Origin: Bdellovibrionota bacterium
GTDB taxonomy: Bacteria > Bdellovibrionota_C > UBA2361 > JBGSMV01
Reading direction: 5' to 3'
Assembly: GCA_041739995.1 (NCBI GenBank)
Contig: JBGSMV010000029.1
Location: 120,294 to 184,293 of the forward strand
DNA length: 64,000 bases
The position numbers were made by a program, and so were the translations under genes. Of the stretch, positions 1-9,798 are shown piece after piece. The notes below the pieces were generated by a model. That model was not told where the DNA came from. It saw only the letters and a program-made list of their open reading frames with translations, and did not search any database. Position 1 is the stretch's first letter. Each line of letters begins with the position of its first letter.

Positions 1-378
1 CATTGTGTCGATGACCCAAATCTTGCGTTTGTGGTTGTTGACGGTTTCCAGTTTGGCGAGCGCTATTCGGTCAAAGCTCCCATAGGCGATGCGGATACTG
101 ACCTAAAAGACGGCGATGAGTACGCGATTTTGGTGGTGGTTACCGTGCGTCCGAATGCCGCTGAAACCACAGCAAATCTTAAAGCCCCGATTTTCGTGAA
201 TATCCGTAACCGTCAGGGCGTGCAGATTATTTTCGATGATCCGCGCCTTTCTACCCGTTTTCCCCTGTGGGAATCGGAAGAAATGGTTGCCCAGCAGGAA
301 GAATCCGCCGCCGGCGATACCAAAAAGCCTCATTCAGAGGTAAAAGACACTCCAAGCAAGAAGGCGTACAAGAGCTAG
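1..378 (+). CDS. fliW: Flagellar assembly factor FliW (5' end outside window)
   Basis: Frame is open from base 1 (HCVDDPNLAFVVVDGF). Contains the FliW motif TANLKAPIFVN..RQGVQII. Confidence 0.85.
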   Translation, partial: HCVDDPNLAFVVVDGFQFGERYSVKAPIGDADTDLKDGDEYAILVVVTVRPNAAETTANLKAPIFVNIRNRQGVQIIFDDPRLSTRFPLWESEEMVAQQEESAAGDTKKPHSEVKDTPSKKAYKS

Positions 379-518
379 TGTCCTGAGTGAGAAGTTACTT
401 TGAGTATCTTTCTCACTGTTCTCGCTGAACTCATTGTGTATTTTCTTAAAGACATTCACAAAGAGATTCAGTGAGCCCAGCGAGACGTACGCATCGAGCT
501 CTTAACGCAGGAGACTAG
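375..518. repeat. Palindromic MITE/ERIC-like element, copy 1
   Basis: Ends CTAGTGTCCTGAGT...ACGCAGGAGACTAG form an imperfect TIR. Core CTCGCTGAACTCATTGTG is shared with copies at 6298 and 27927. Confidence 0.8.
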
Positions 519-601
519 TGCAGCAATGAGGCGTAGATCCCTGCACCTGAATTGGCGGCTGGTGCGGTTCACGACCTGTGGCGGAGGAGTGTTTATCCAC
601 G

Positions 602-1657
602 ATGACAAATTCATTCTCGTATAAGTCAGCCGGTGTTGATATCGATGTGGCCGACGCCACCAAGCGGGAGATGGCGGCCAGTCTTGAGCCATCTGATCCG
701 CGTGTGCTCAACCGAGTCGGAGCCTTCGCCTCTCTCTTCTCTGCCGAGTTCCCGGGCATAACCGATCCAGTGCTCGTGCTTAAAATGGAAGAGCCAGGGA
801 CTAAGCAAAAGCTTGCGTTCACTGGTCCTCCCGAGAAGGGCTGGGTACGCTCGATATGCTTTGACATGATTAATCATCTGATAAATGACATCGCAGTAAT
901 GGGCGCCACGCCCTTAGCCGTGCAGGACGCAATCATCTGCGGCAAGTTAGAGCAGCACACGGTGGGGGACTTGGTGCGCGGTATCGCCGATGCCTGTCGA
1001 GCTCAAGGGTGCTCATTGGTAGGCGGTGAGACTTCGGAGCAGCCGGGAGTTTTAGCGCCGGGCATCTATGTGCTTACTGCGAGTATAGTGGGAGTCGTAG
1101 ATCGCGGCAGCATTATCGACGGCAGCAAGATTTCTGATGGTGACGTAGTGCTGGGTGTGGGGTCGAACGGGCTGCACACCAATGGCTATTCTTTGGTGAG
1201 AGCACTACTCGATTCCCATAAGACGCTGGCTGCAAGCAAAGTGGGCGAGGGGACTTTTATGGATGCGATTATGGCCCCGCATCTTTGTTACTATCCCGCA
1301 CTGAAGGATCTGTTTCCGCGTAAAGTCTTCAATGGCCTTGCTCATATCACCGGGGGAGGAATTGAAGGAAATCTTTCTCGTATCATTCCGGCTGGTTTGT
1401 GTGCAGATATTGAGTTATCGCAAATTCCTATGCTCGAAGTTTTTTCTTCAATTCGAGAGGTTGGTGCACTTTCACAAGAGGAGATGCTCAAAACATTTAA
1501 CTGTGGAGTAGGGCTGGTTGCTGTCGTCGAGCAGAAGGCGCTAGCTCCAACCGTTGCCGCAATCACCGCACACGGCTTGAGCGCGTTTCCGCTTGGCACC
1601 ATTCGTCGTCGCGCATCGAGTGAAGCTTCTGTAGCGTTACGTGGGCAACTTGCCTGA
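602..1657 (+). CDS. purM: Phosphoribosylformylglycinamidine cyclo-ligase (AIR synthase), atypical motif variant
   Basis: Motifs YKSAGVDID, LVGGETSEQPG, SNGLHTNGYSLVR, AHITGGG, TFNCGVG. GGAGGAG RBS precedes ATG at 602. Confidence 0.9.
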   Translation: MTNSFSYKSAGVDIDVADATKREMAASLEPSDPRVLNRVGAFASLFSAEFPGITDPVLVLKMEEPGTKQKLAFTGPPEKGWVRSICFDMINHLINDIAVMGATPLAVQDAIICGKLEQHTVGDLVRGIADACRAQGCSLVGGETSEQPGVLAPGIYVLTASIVGVVDRGSIIDGSKISDGDVVLGVGSNGLHTNGYSLVRALLDSHKTLAASKVGEGTFMDAIMAPHLCYYPALKDLFPRKVFNGLAHITGGGIEGNLSRIIPAGLCADIELSQIPMLEVFSSIREVGALSQEEMLKTFNCGVGLVAVVEQKALAPTVAAITAHGLSAFPLGTIRRRASSEASVALRGQLA

Positions 1658-1895
1658 GCACCTCAAACTCAGCGTTCTGAGACGTTTACGTTACCCCTTG
1701 GCATACTGCTTACTCCCGGGAGCATGGTAGGGCAGGCATAGCGCTATCCGGTACATTTGGGCCTATGTCCAGTGTCCGCATTCCCAATCTTGGCGAAATT
1801 AGGCGCGGAGCTTCTTCTGAGAGAAATTTTGAGGGAGGTATTCTCACCTTTCTAGGTGAAATTCGTATTTTGAGCGTCAGATTCTAACCATCTGT

Positions 1896-2639
1896 TTGAT
1901 CGCGAGTGACAGTACGGTGATCGTGGGTGGAACCATAGCGGGAACGGCGGCGAGTTTGGCCAATAATGGTGTGGTGATTCTTGCAAATAAGGGCTCGATC
2001 GCTCCTGGGCCTGAGTGCGAAGGTCCAGGCTGCCACGCATTTACTTTACCATCTTCCCCTGCATGGGCGACCGCCTGTCCAAATCCAGCCGACCAGATTG
2101 ATATCACCACGTCGACGTACGTGGGGAGCCTCCCTGCTGGCTGCTATGGCGATCTGATGGTCAATGCTGACTTTGCGTTGCTTGATCGATCTGCTGCTTA
2201 TCACTTTAGGCAAGTCAACTTTCAAGGCAACAGCAACGAGCTCACTTTCGGTGCAATCCCGGTCGGGGAGAAGGCCGAAATATACGTCGAGGAGATAGAC
2301 TCCAATAACAATCGAAACCATATTACTGGCAATCGAGTGATGAATAAAAACAACTCAGGTAACACCGGGAAATTTAATGCGCCGCATCAGTTGGTGATCC
2401 ATTACACCGGCGTCAAGCCCATCCATTTCGGCGGAACGAGCGACGTATATGCACACCTCATTGCTCCGAATGCGCATGTGACTTCGACTGGAAACACTGA
2501 CTTCTATGGTGGCATCGAGAGCAATAGCATTCAGATCACCGGAAACGCCGACTACTTCTACGATGAGAACATTGGCGTGGCTCAGCCGGTATCGAATCTC
2601 GCGTTTGAAATTAGAAAAACGAGTCAGCGTTACCGCTAG
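1896..2639 (+). pseudogene. C-terminal fragment of a PilX/adhesin-like beta-rich secreted protein
   Basis: C-terminus APNA.V..TGN.DFYG.I....I.ITGNA.YFYDE is typical of pilus-associated beta-solenoid tails. No signal peptide; in-frame stop at 1857-1859; TTG start without an obvious RBS. Confidence 0.45.
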
Positions 2640-2930
2640 TTCGATAACTTTTAAGTGCGACAAGAAATTCCGACCCAGGTTTTTCTGGGTGGGCGTCTGT
2701 ATCTAACCTGAAATACGGATAGATCAGAGGTTGATGTAGGGGTCAAGCTATGTACCTCTACCTCGGTCGGCTCAGTGAGACTCTGGAAGAAGCATTCGAT
2801 GAGCTCAAGTTTCATAAGTACTTAGAATCAATTTTGAATTTGCTAACAGCTGAAATCCGACCTCTGCGCTTTTGCTTGCGGTGAACGTCTTGGGTTGTCT
2901 TCGTAGAAAGGCGGGATATAGTTCGGCCCA

Positions 2931-3494
2931 ATGGAACCCCTTGGGTCAGGTCTTCTTTCCGAACCTCGCAGAGTGATTCCGCTGACCAGTGCTGCGGACG
3001 CTGAAATCTCGCGTCTGCTTCACGATGCACGGGTAACCTTCGACCCCTCACTCCCTGAGAACCGAGGTTTTTCAGTTCAATTGAGTGGCAAGGCCAGCGA
3101 GGTGCTGGTGGTGCTGCGTCACGAAGGCAATTGTAAGTCGTATGGGTTTACCATCGAAGCGCGTCCCATGAATGAGCGCAGCAGTGCCTTTGACCTGCGA
3201 AAATTTGAAATCGAAGTGCTTCAGATCTCGGCAGACGATCAGTCCCCAGTTGGTTCACTTTCGCGCAACGCGCATCGTCTAGCCTGTGGCCCGTTCGAGC
3301 CGGATAAGAATTATATTATCCAGGTACTCAGACCACCCCAGGTGATAGCGGAGAGGTTCCGCCCGAAGGCCGGGCCACCAGTTGGATCCGAAGAGTGGGG
3401 GGACTTAAAATTTCCACGGGTTGGCTCAGAAGCAGAGGGCGAGGACTCAGATCTACTAGTTTGCTCTCCGACCATGCAGCAAAAAGTGGGATAG
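2931..3494 (+). CDS. Hypothetical protein
   Basis: 187-aa ORF with ATG start; no family recognised. Confidence 0.55.
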   Translation: MEPLGSGLLSEPRRVIPLTSAADAEISRLLHDARVTFDPSLPENRGFSVQLSGKASEVLVVLRHEGNCKSYGFTIEARPMNERSSAFDLRKFEIEVLQISADDQSPVGSLSRNAHRLACGPFEPDKNYIIQVLRPPQVIAERFRPKAGPPVGSEEWGDLKFPRVGSEAEGEDSDLLVCSPTMQQKVG

Positions 3495-3742
3495 CCGATC
3501 GCTGTCCCGCTCAATTCCATTATTTCCCTAATTCCGAAAACCCCAGAGCATTTAACGGCTTTTGGCGCGTAACTTGCATAAATACTGTAGGCGCAGAGAG
3601 CGCTGTCGCCCCGTTGCGCTCAGCGCTCTCCTGAGTGGCCTGTAATGTGGCGAAACGGAATTTAACTAGGAATCTTTTGGAGTTGAGCCATCTTAGAAAC
3701 CCCGATCGTAAAGTCCGCGGACACCCTCGCCGAAATACTCTC

Positions 3743-5350
3743 ATGACCGATGGACCTTACTTTTCTTCCCTCGCTGAGGTGGTTGCTCATGGAGTGTGGC
3801 AGCTTTCAAGAGCCACTCTGGCCCTTGCCGTGCTAGTGACTGGGCTACTTAGCCTAAATCTTTCGACGCTTGAGGCCCAAACCCTTTCAAATCAGCTCGA
3901 ATACGACGAGCCCATCACGGCGCGCTTGAATGGCGGTGGAGTGGGATATAGCTCGCCAACCGTTGCGGAGACTGACGGCGATCCTTCAAACGGGAACGAA
4001 ATCTTAATCGCTGGGGCTGATGGAACTCTGCACGCCTATCGGAGTGACGGCTCAGAGGTTTGGAGTGCGAGGCTTCCCATTTTTTCATGCAGCGGAGCAA
4101 AGAAAAACGACAAGGTTTACTCATCCCCTGCAGTTGGAACTCTACTGGGCGACGGCGTGCCGTACGTGGTTGTGGGCTATGGCGGATTTTCTGGATCGTG
4201 TGCTGGTGGTATTGCAGCCTATCGTGGAACCGACGGGCAACAGCTTTGGGAATTTGATCTCGCGGCGTTCGGACGCCAAAAGCAGCATTTCGTGCTTAAG
4301 CCGACAGTTTTTAGCACCCCGGCTCTTTTCGATGTTGATGGTGACGGAACACTCGAAGTTGGTTTTGGTGGGTTTGATAGGAATGTCTACCTTCTGAACT
4401 CTGATGGCAGCGTGCGCTGGTACTACCACGCTGCAGATACGGTGTGGTCCTCCCCGGTCTTTACAGATACCAATGGTGATGGTCAGCCAGAGATGATTAT
4501 CGGCACTGACATCAGCAAGAATACGTTTCTTAATCCCCCCACCAAAAATGGCGGCTTTGTATACGCGTTTAGTACCCAAACCGTCCGTGGCGGACTTGTT
4601 GAGTTCCGCGATCCATCAAAAGAAATTACTTTGTGGAGCAGGTTTGCTAGACAGGTGATTTTCTCTGCACCAGTGGTAGCGGAAGTGCTGTCGACTAATC
4701 CAGGTCTTGAAATTATTGTGGGGACGGGCTGCTTTTTCCCCGAAGGCACCAACAATAAAGGCGGAAAATTCGTTCGGGTTCTCTCCGCGGCGACAGGCCG
4801 TGTGCTGAAAAAGATAAAAACGCCAACCTGCAACTCTGCCACTCCTGCGATTGGAGATCTTGATGGCGATGGGAATCTTGAAGTAGTTATCGCCACCCCC
4901 AGCAACGTAGAATCAGGTGCCGATGGAAAGGGCAGGTTATTGGCATGGACTCCCGAGACAGGAAACAAACTTTGGGAGCGTAAGCTCGCCGCCATGTTTC
5001 CCTTCCAGTCACCACTGCTCGCTGATCTAGACGCTGACGGGACCCCGGAAGTGATCCAAGCGACTGCCGCTTATATCTACATCTACGATGGTTTGACTGG
5101 AGCTCAGCTTGGACGTGTGCGGCCCGGAGGCACCATGAAGAACACCCCCACCATTGTCGATCTTGACGGAGACGGACGACCGGATCTAGTGGCTGCAAGT
5201 GCACAGAACGGAAAGGGCAAACTAAGTATATTCCCGAACTTCTCGTCTGAAGCGGGAGAGGAGCGAAGAGGCAGCTCGTCAAACCCCACGGAGGCGCTTA
5301 TCCCTTGGGGCTCCTGGAGAAACGGGTCGGGAACTGCCTCGGCTCCTTAG
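3743..5350 (+). CDS. Secreted FG-GAP/VCBS-repeat beta-propeller protein
   Basis: Repeated (S/T)P(A/V).gD.DGDG..E(V/I) Ca-binding motifs. Hydrophobic leader ending LEAQ. Start uncertain (ORF track gives 3635). Confidence 0.85.
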   Translation: MTDGPYFSSLAEVVAHGVWQLSRATLALAVLVTGLLSLNLSTLEAQTLSNQLEYDEPITARLNGGGVGYSSPTVAETDGDPSNGNEILIAGADGTLHAYRSDGSEVWSARLPIFSCSGAKKNDKVYSSPAVGTLLGDGVPYVVVGYGGFSGSCAGGIAAYRGTDGQQLWEFDLAAFGRQKQHFVLKPTVFSTPALFDVDGDGTLEVGFGGFDRNVYLLNSDGSVRWYYHAADTVWSSPVFTDTNGDGQPEMIIGTDISKNTFLNPPTKNGGFVYAFSTQTVRGGLVEFRDPSKEITLWSRFARQVIFSAPVVAEVLSTNPGLEIIVGTGCFFPEGTNNKGGKFVRVLSAATGRVLKKIKTPTCNSATPAIGDLDGDGNLEVVIATPSNVESGADGKGRLLAWTPETGNKLWERKLAAMFPFQSPLLADLDADGTPEVIQATAAYIYIYDGLTGAQLGRVRPGGTMKNTPTIVDLDGDGRPDLVAASAQNGKGKLSIFPNFSSEAGEERRGSSSNPTEALIPWGSWRNGSGTASAP

Positions 5351-5408
5351 GCAATTGTACTCGATTGACCGAGAGCACTCTCCCTCCATCGTGAAGAGTT
5401 TCTAACTC

Positions 5409-6290
5409 TTAGTCGGCGGCTAAGTGAGGATATCGTGCCGCACTCTCGAGCAGTTCTTCAGGTGAGAATTTACGTGGAATGATGCGTGCCCAGTCGCCCT
5501 CGACCTTTGCTTGAGGGCACGAGCTTCGAACCCAACGTAAGCGTCCATCCGACTCTGCTCCTTCTGGAGCAAGGCTAGAAAACTCTACTACCTGGCAGTT
5601 TTTCATGTCGCCCGCGGGAGAATGGAAAAAATCACGTTGTTGTTCAGTGGTCATATGGGCGATCTCCGCCCAAGCAGCTTCTATATATTCACCGTGAGAG
5701 AAGACCAGCACGCGCTGATTGGTACATTCTCTTGCGACGCGCTCAAGCAAAACGCGAGATCTGGTTCTGGTAGCCAGCAGGGATTCGCCGTCTGGCATCG
5801 GGGTATGAAGAGGATCGCGTTTGCGTTGATCAAACGAGAGTGTTCGCTCAGTCTCTGTCAGCTCAGAAAATCGTCCCCAGTTTCGTTCTCCGAGTTGAGG
5901 GTCTACCCGAATTTGAGCATTGTTCCAGCCCGCAGCCAAACACAACAGTCCGGCCGTTTCTTGAGCCCTGACATGGTCGGAGACGTAGATGATGTCAAAC
6001 CCTTCTGGGTACTGCGCTCTTAGCCAGGCGCCGGTGGTCTTGGCTTGGGCCTGTCCGAGAGCAGAGAGGCGAAATTCTCGGTCTGGAGTATCTAAAAACT
6101 TTGGAGGGAAGGCCGTCAGCTGGCCTCGCTTCACTGCTCGTTGAATGATGTTCGCTTCGCTCTGGCCATGTCGGATGAAGACCAGGCGAGCGGGCATTTC
6201 AACTCGGGGAGCGGTCATAGGGGAGGTAAGTGCTGAGGTAGTCCGCGGTGGAGGAAGAGGCGAGGCAGACTGTGGTGCGGCTTGTTCCAT
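5409..6290 (-). CDS. Histidine phosphatase (phosphoglycerate mutase-like) family protein
   Basis: LVFIRHGQS catalytic motif, ERNWG, GES and VFSHG. Confidence 0.9.
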   Translation of the reverse strand: MEQAAPQSASPLPPPRTTSALTSPMTAPRVEMPARLVFIRHGQSEANIIQRAVKRGQLTAFPPKFLDTPDREFRLSALGQAQAKTTGAWLRAQYPEGFDIIYVSDHVRAQETAGLLCLAAGWNNAQIRVDPQLGERNWGRFSELTETERTLSFDQRKRDPLHTPMPDGESLLATRTRSRVLLERVARECTNQRVLVFSHGEYIEAAWAEIAHMTTEQQRDFFHSPAGDMKNCQVVEFSSLAPEGAESDGRLRWVRSSCPQAKVEGDWARIIPRKFSPEELLESAARYPHLAAD

Positions 6291-6297
6291 GTTACTC

Positions 6298-6437
6298 CTG
6301 GTGTCCTAAGGCGGAATTTCATTTAAGAATCTTTCTCACTGCCCTCGCCGAACTCATTGTGAAATTCACTGAACATTCACAATTAGACCAGCGAGCGCAT
6401 CGAGAATTTCTCAACGCGCTCGTACTCGGGACACTAG
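6298..6437. repeat. Palindromic MITE/ERIC-like element, copy 2
   Basis: Ends CTGGTGTCCTAAG...ACTCGGGACACTAG. Internal ATCTTTCTCACTG and CTCGCCGAACTCATTGTG match copy 1. Confidence 0.8.
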
Positions 6438-6613
6438 CAAACAAAACGCAGTGTTCTGAGTTGTCGTGGTGAAACACGAGTCCAGAGATTATAGATCCCT
6501 TCTAGGGGCAATCTTAAGCCTGTGCGAACGCCCAACGAAGGCAAATATCACTTTGCGCAGTGTGCGTTTGCAATGATGTGGCTGAAATAACCAAAAATCA
6601 GTCGATCTGATGG

Positions 6614-7537
6614 TTATTCATAGACGTGGCGTTCGTTCTGAAATTGCTCAAGGGTATCAGCGGTAAGCTGCTCAAGCGTGGCATCCACGTCTGCTTCGTC
6701 GAAGCCTAGGTATAGCGCCGTGGCACGTGCCGCCTCCGCAGCGATCGGGTAGCCTTCAGGGTTGCCGATACCTGCATTGTGGGCAATTACGGAGGCGAGT
6801 TGAACGACGGCAGTTTTTTCTTCCACTATCGTTTCCGCCTTTGCTCCCTCGATGGGATCTCTATAGTGGAGAATTACTTGGCACGTGTCGGGCGCAAAGT
6901 TCCACTTCTTGGCGACAAGAGCGCCAATGAGCGGATGCGCGAAGCCGAATGTCTTTTGTTCGGAAGTCGCAAAGTCCAGGCCTTCACCTTTAATGGTGCT
7001 TATCACTGTCTTGTAACCCTTTCTGGTTTCTGGTTGGAACAGCAATACTATCTGTCCAAGGTTATGCAGTAGTCCCAACAGAAAGATTTCTTCTATGTAA
7101 GGCTTCTTAAGCTTCTTTGCGATGGCGGTTGAACACATCGCGGTCGCCATCGAGGATTCCCAGATCTGGCGCTCCAGGGGGCCGAAGCTCTTGTTAAGCT
7201 GCCGAAGTGTGGCTGCGACGATGATACCTTTAAGCGCTTTGAAACCAATCACCATGATCGCCATATTCAGAGTAGAAATCTCACGCTGCCTAGAGAACAT
7301 GGCGCTGTTTGCGATTTTGAGAACTCGAGCGGCAAGTGCCGCGTCGGTTGATAAAAGTTCGGTGAGATCAGAAGCGGTAGTGTCGGGGTTCTCGACAAGA
7401 CTGATAGCGCGCGATGCCACTTGAGGCATAGGAGGAAGATCTCCGACCCAGGCAACAATCTCTCGCCAATCTTTGTCTGCACTTAACCGGCCTTCGAATT
7501 CTTTTGGAGCTGTTTCCATTGCGCTAATACTCATCAA
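6614..7537 (-). CDS. HDOD domain protein
   Basis: LPPMPQVA, D.ALAARVLKIANS, LGLLHNLG, FGFAH..IGA.VAKKWNF and ILHY. Confidence 0.92.
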   Translation of the reverse strand: MMSISAMETAPKEFEGRLSADKDWREIVAWVGDLPPMPQVASRAISLVENPDTTASDLTELLSTDAALAARVLKIANSAMFSRQREISTLNMAIMVIGFKALKGIIVAATLRQLNKSFGPLERQIWESSMATAMCSTAIAKKLKKPYIEEIFLLGLLHNLGQIVLLFQPETRKGYKTVISTIKGEGLDFATSEQKTFGFAHPLIGALVAKKWNFAPDTCQVILHYRDPIEGAKAETIVEEKTAVVQLASVIAHNAGIGNPEGYPIAAEAARATALYLGFDEADVDATLEQLTADTLEQFQNERHVYE

Positions 7538-8040
7538 TTAAAGCGAGCGTTCCACCAAGATAGCCGTCACCGCCAAGCTATCTCAAGAATATGGCATCAC
7601 ATTAGGAAACTTCTGTCATTAGGAGACTAGTGACCACGATGCCATTGCTTATCATCGGTGCGCTCGGCGTCTAACATGAGCGCCTCTGATGTTCAGCTCA
7701 CCTTTTGCAGCTGGGCTCTTTCATCGCTTTAATCGAGGGAATGTGCGCCTAAATTAGAACAGCAGTGGAAAGCCGGAATGTCGTGTTGCAGGCCCAGAAG
7801 AGCTCGATATCGAGCCTTCTATGCGAGTCTTTGAAATTGCTTAAGGCAAGTGCATCTTCGCAGCTCTGCTATGCTATTGACATCATTGTAGTCTTCTCGT
7901 CACGATTCTTCTTAGGGTCGTTTAGTAATTTCCTGAGTGAGCCGATAGGAGGTATGAAGGTTCGAGGCGGGTAGCGAGGGGGACCTCTCTGCGCGTGCCA
8001 TTTTGGCCTTCTACCGTACAGAACTGCCAAGGGGAGAAAT

Positions 8041-8349
8041 ATGGAATTCAACACAGAAATCATTGGAGACAAGGGCTATATCCGCGTTGAAGGCGACCTA
8101 GATTCTGAGCAATCTGGTGAAGCCTTACGTAAAGCTTTCAACGACCTGTTTGACAAGGGTCGCCGCACGGTAGTGCTTGATCTCACCTCAGTGCAAATCA
8201 TCAACAGCTACGGCATTGGTAAAGTACTGATGTGCTACAAGCGTTTGAAGTCTGAAAACGGCGTCTTGATGGTCAAGCCGCTTGCCGGATTCGTGAAGGA
8301 GACTTTTGAGCTCCTGATGTTGGACAAATTGCTCCCCGTCGACAATTAG
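8041..8349 (+). CDS. STAS domain anti-sigma factor antagonist
   Basis: VEGDLD, VVLDLTSVQIINSYGIG (phospho-Ser position), VKETFEL. RBS GGGGAG. Confidence 0.88.
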   Translation: MEFNTEIIGDKGYIRVEGDLDSEQSGEALRKAFNDLFDKGRRTVVLDLTSVQIINSYGIGKVLMCYKRLKSENGVLMVKPLAGFVKETFELLMLDKLLPVDN

Positions 8350-8385
8350 TCCAGAACGGAGACGCCTCCGAAAGGGGCATAGCCT

Positions 8386-9360
8386 GTGGACAAAGATGCA
8401 GACTGCAATAAGAGCTCGAGTGAAGGCGAATCAAAAAACGCCGTTCCTCGGGTTCTATTTGCAGATCGAGACCTAAGCACCGTTGAATTAGTGACCTCCT
8501 GTTTCGCACACAGAGGATGGTCGCTGGAAACCGTTGGGTTAGAGGCTTCCGCCGAAGGGAATCCGCTCGTTGAGCGAATGAAACGTGGTACCTTTGATGT
8601 GGTAGTGGCAGATCTCCTGATGCCAGGCCTCGATGGAATGTCGCTGCTCCGTCAAATTCGCACTCAACGACCGAGTCAGCCAATTATCGTGGTATCTGCC
8701 TGTCATTCGGTCGGAGATTTTCTATCGTTCATGCGCGAGGGCGTCAGTGACGTACTTCAGAAGCCCGTTGATGCAGATTCTTTGACTCGCGCGGTACGTC
8801 GAGCGGTATTGAGTTCCAGAGATCGAGAGCGTGGAGACTCGGTGTATCGCTATGTCGCCCATGAGGAGACAGAACTTGTCTTTACCTCCAGGGAACTCGC
8901 AGATGTACGAGTTTCTCTTGGAATTCTCGATCGCCTTGTCGCCGCAAGAATGATTGATATTGGAATGAAGTTGCGAATCGACTTGGCATTTCAAGAACTT
9001 GTCGCCAATGCACTAGAACACGGCAATCTTGAGCTTGAGTCGAGTTGGAAAGAGGATCTCGATTCGCAAGGGCTCGATAGGTTTTCGCTCGTGAAAAGGG
9101 AGCGTTTGGCCGATGATAACTTTGGTGGTCGGATAGTGAAGGTTTCCGTCTCTTACGTATCGGGAATGTTAACGGTCGCGGTGCAGGACGAGGGCCTGGG
9201 TTTCATTCCCGACGTGCCAGAGGAGTGGAAGACAGAAAGCCTTGATCCGCATGGCAGAGGGTTGGCAATGATTTTCGCTGCTACCGATGAGGTTGAATTT
9301 TCAAAGGTTGCGTCTCCGGGGCACGGCACTCGAGTCCGGTTTCGGAAGCGCTTGGTGTGA
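8386..9360 (+). CDS. Response regulator fused to RsbW/SpoIIAB-type HATPase_c
   Basis: REC motifs DLLMPGLDG and LQKP. Kinase motifs ELVANALEHGN, VQDEGLGF, HGRGL and GTRV. Confidence 0.85.
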   Translation: MDKDADCNKSSSEGESKNAVPRVLFADRDLSTVELVTSCFAHRGWSLETVGLEASAEGNPLVERMKRGTFDVVVADLLMPGLDGMSLLRQIRTQRPSQPIIVVSACHSVGDFLSFMREGVSDVLQKPVDADSLTRAVRRAVLSSRDRERGDSVYRYVAHEETELVFTSRELADVRVSLGILDRLVAARMIDIGMKLRIDLAFQELVANALEHGNLELESSWKEDLDSQGLDRFSLVKRERLADDNFGGRIVKVSVSYVSGMLTVAVQDEGLGFIPDVPEEWKTESLDPHGRGLAMIFAATDEVEFSKVASPGHGTRVRFRKRLV

Positions 9361-9415
9361 TTCTCTCTCCCGCATGGAGGAGGAAATCTCAGGTTTGCTC
9401 GTATAAGGTTCTTTC

Positions 9416-9751
9416 ATGGCGCTCAAGTTTCGGCTCAAAGGCTTAGCAGAAACCTTTATCGACGAGATCCACTGTCCCTGCTGTGGGAGCTCGGGCAAAG
9501 ACGATCAGTATTTTTCGACCGAGCTTACAAAGGTAACCTTTGAGGGCATTGTGGTTGTGGTGCAATGTCGTAGCTGCGCAGAGATTTTTGTGCCCACGCA
9601 ACAGCGACTTGGGATTCTTGACCCCGTGGCACTCAGACACGCTGTTGAGAAAGATATTCGAGAGACTGGAGAACCGGCACTACCGACTGTCGTAGCCGTA
9701 CGCCTCAGCGCAGAGCGCATGAACGCAGAGCGAAAAAATCCCCTACATTAG
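9416..9751 (+). CDS. Small zinc-ribbon hypothetical protein
   Basis: CPCC...CRSC cysteine pairs, 111 aa, same strand as the upstream pair. Confidence 0.7.
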   Translation: MALKFRLKGLAETFIDEIHCPCCGSSGKDDQYFSTELTKVTFEGIVVVVQCRSCAEIFVPTQQRLGILDPVALRHAVEKDIRETGEPALPTVVAVRLSAERMNAERKNPLH

Positions 9752-9798
9752 AAATGGAACTTGATTGAATGGAACTTGATTGAAGGGCGGTCTTGCCC

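Noticed and set aside
1699..1714. TGGCAT-ACTGC-TTAC possible sigma54 promoter
   Set aside because: It lacks the conserved -12 GC, and the downstream ORF looks truncated.
7600..7632. TAGGAGACTAG resembling the right end of the MITE-like repeat
   Set aside because: No matching core or left end could be seen.
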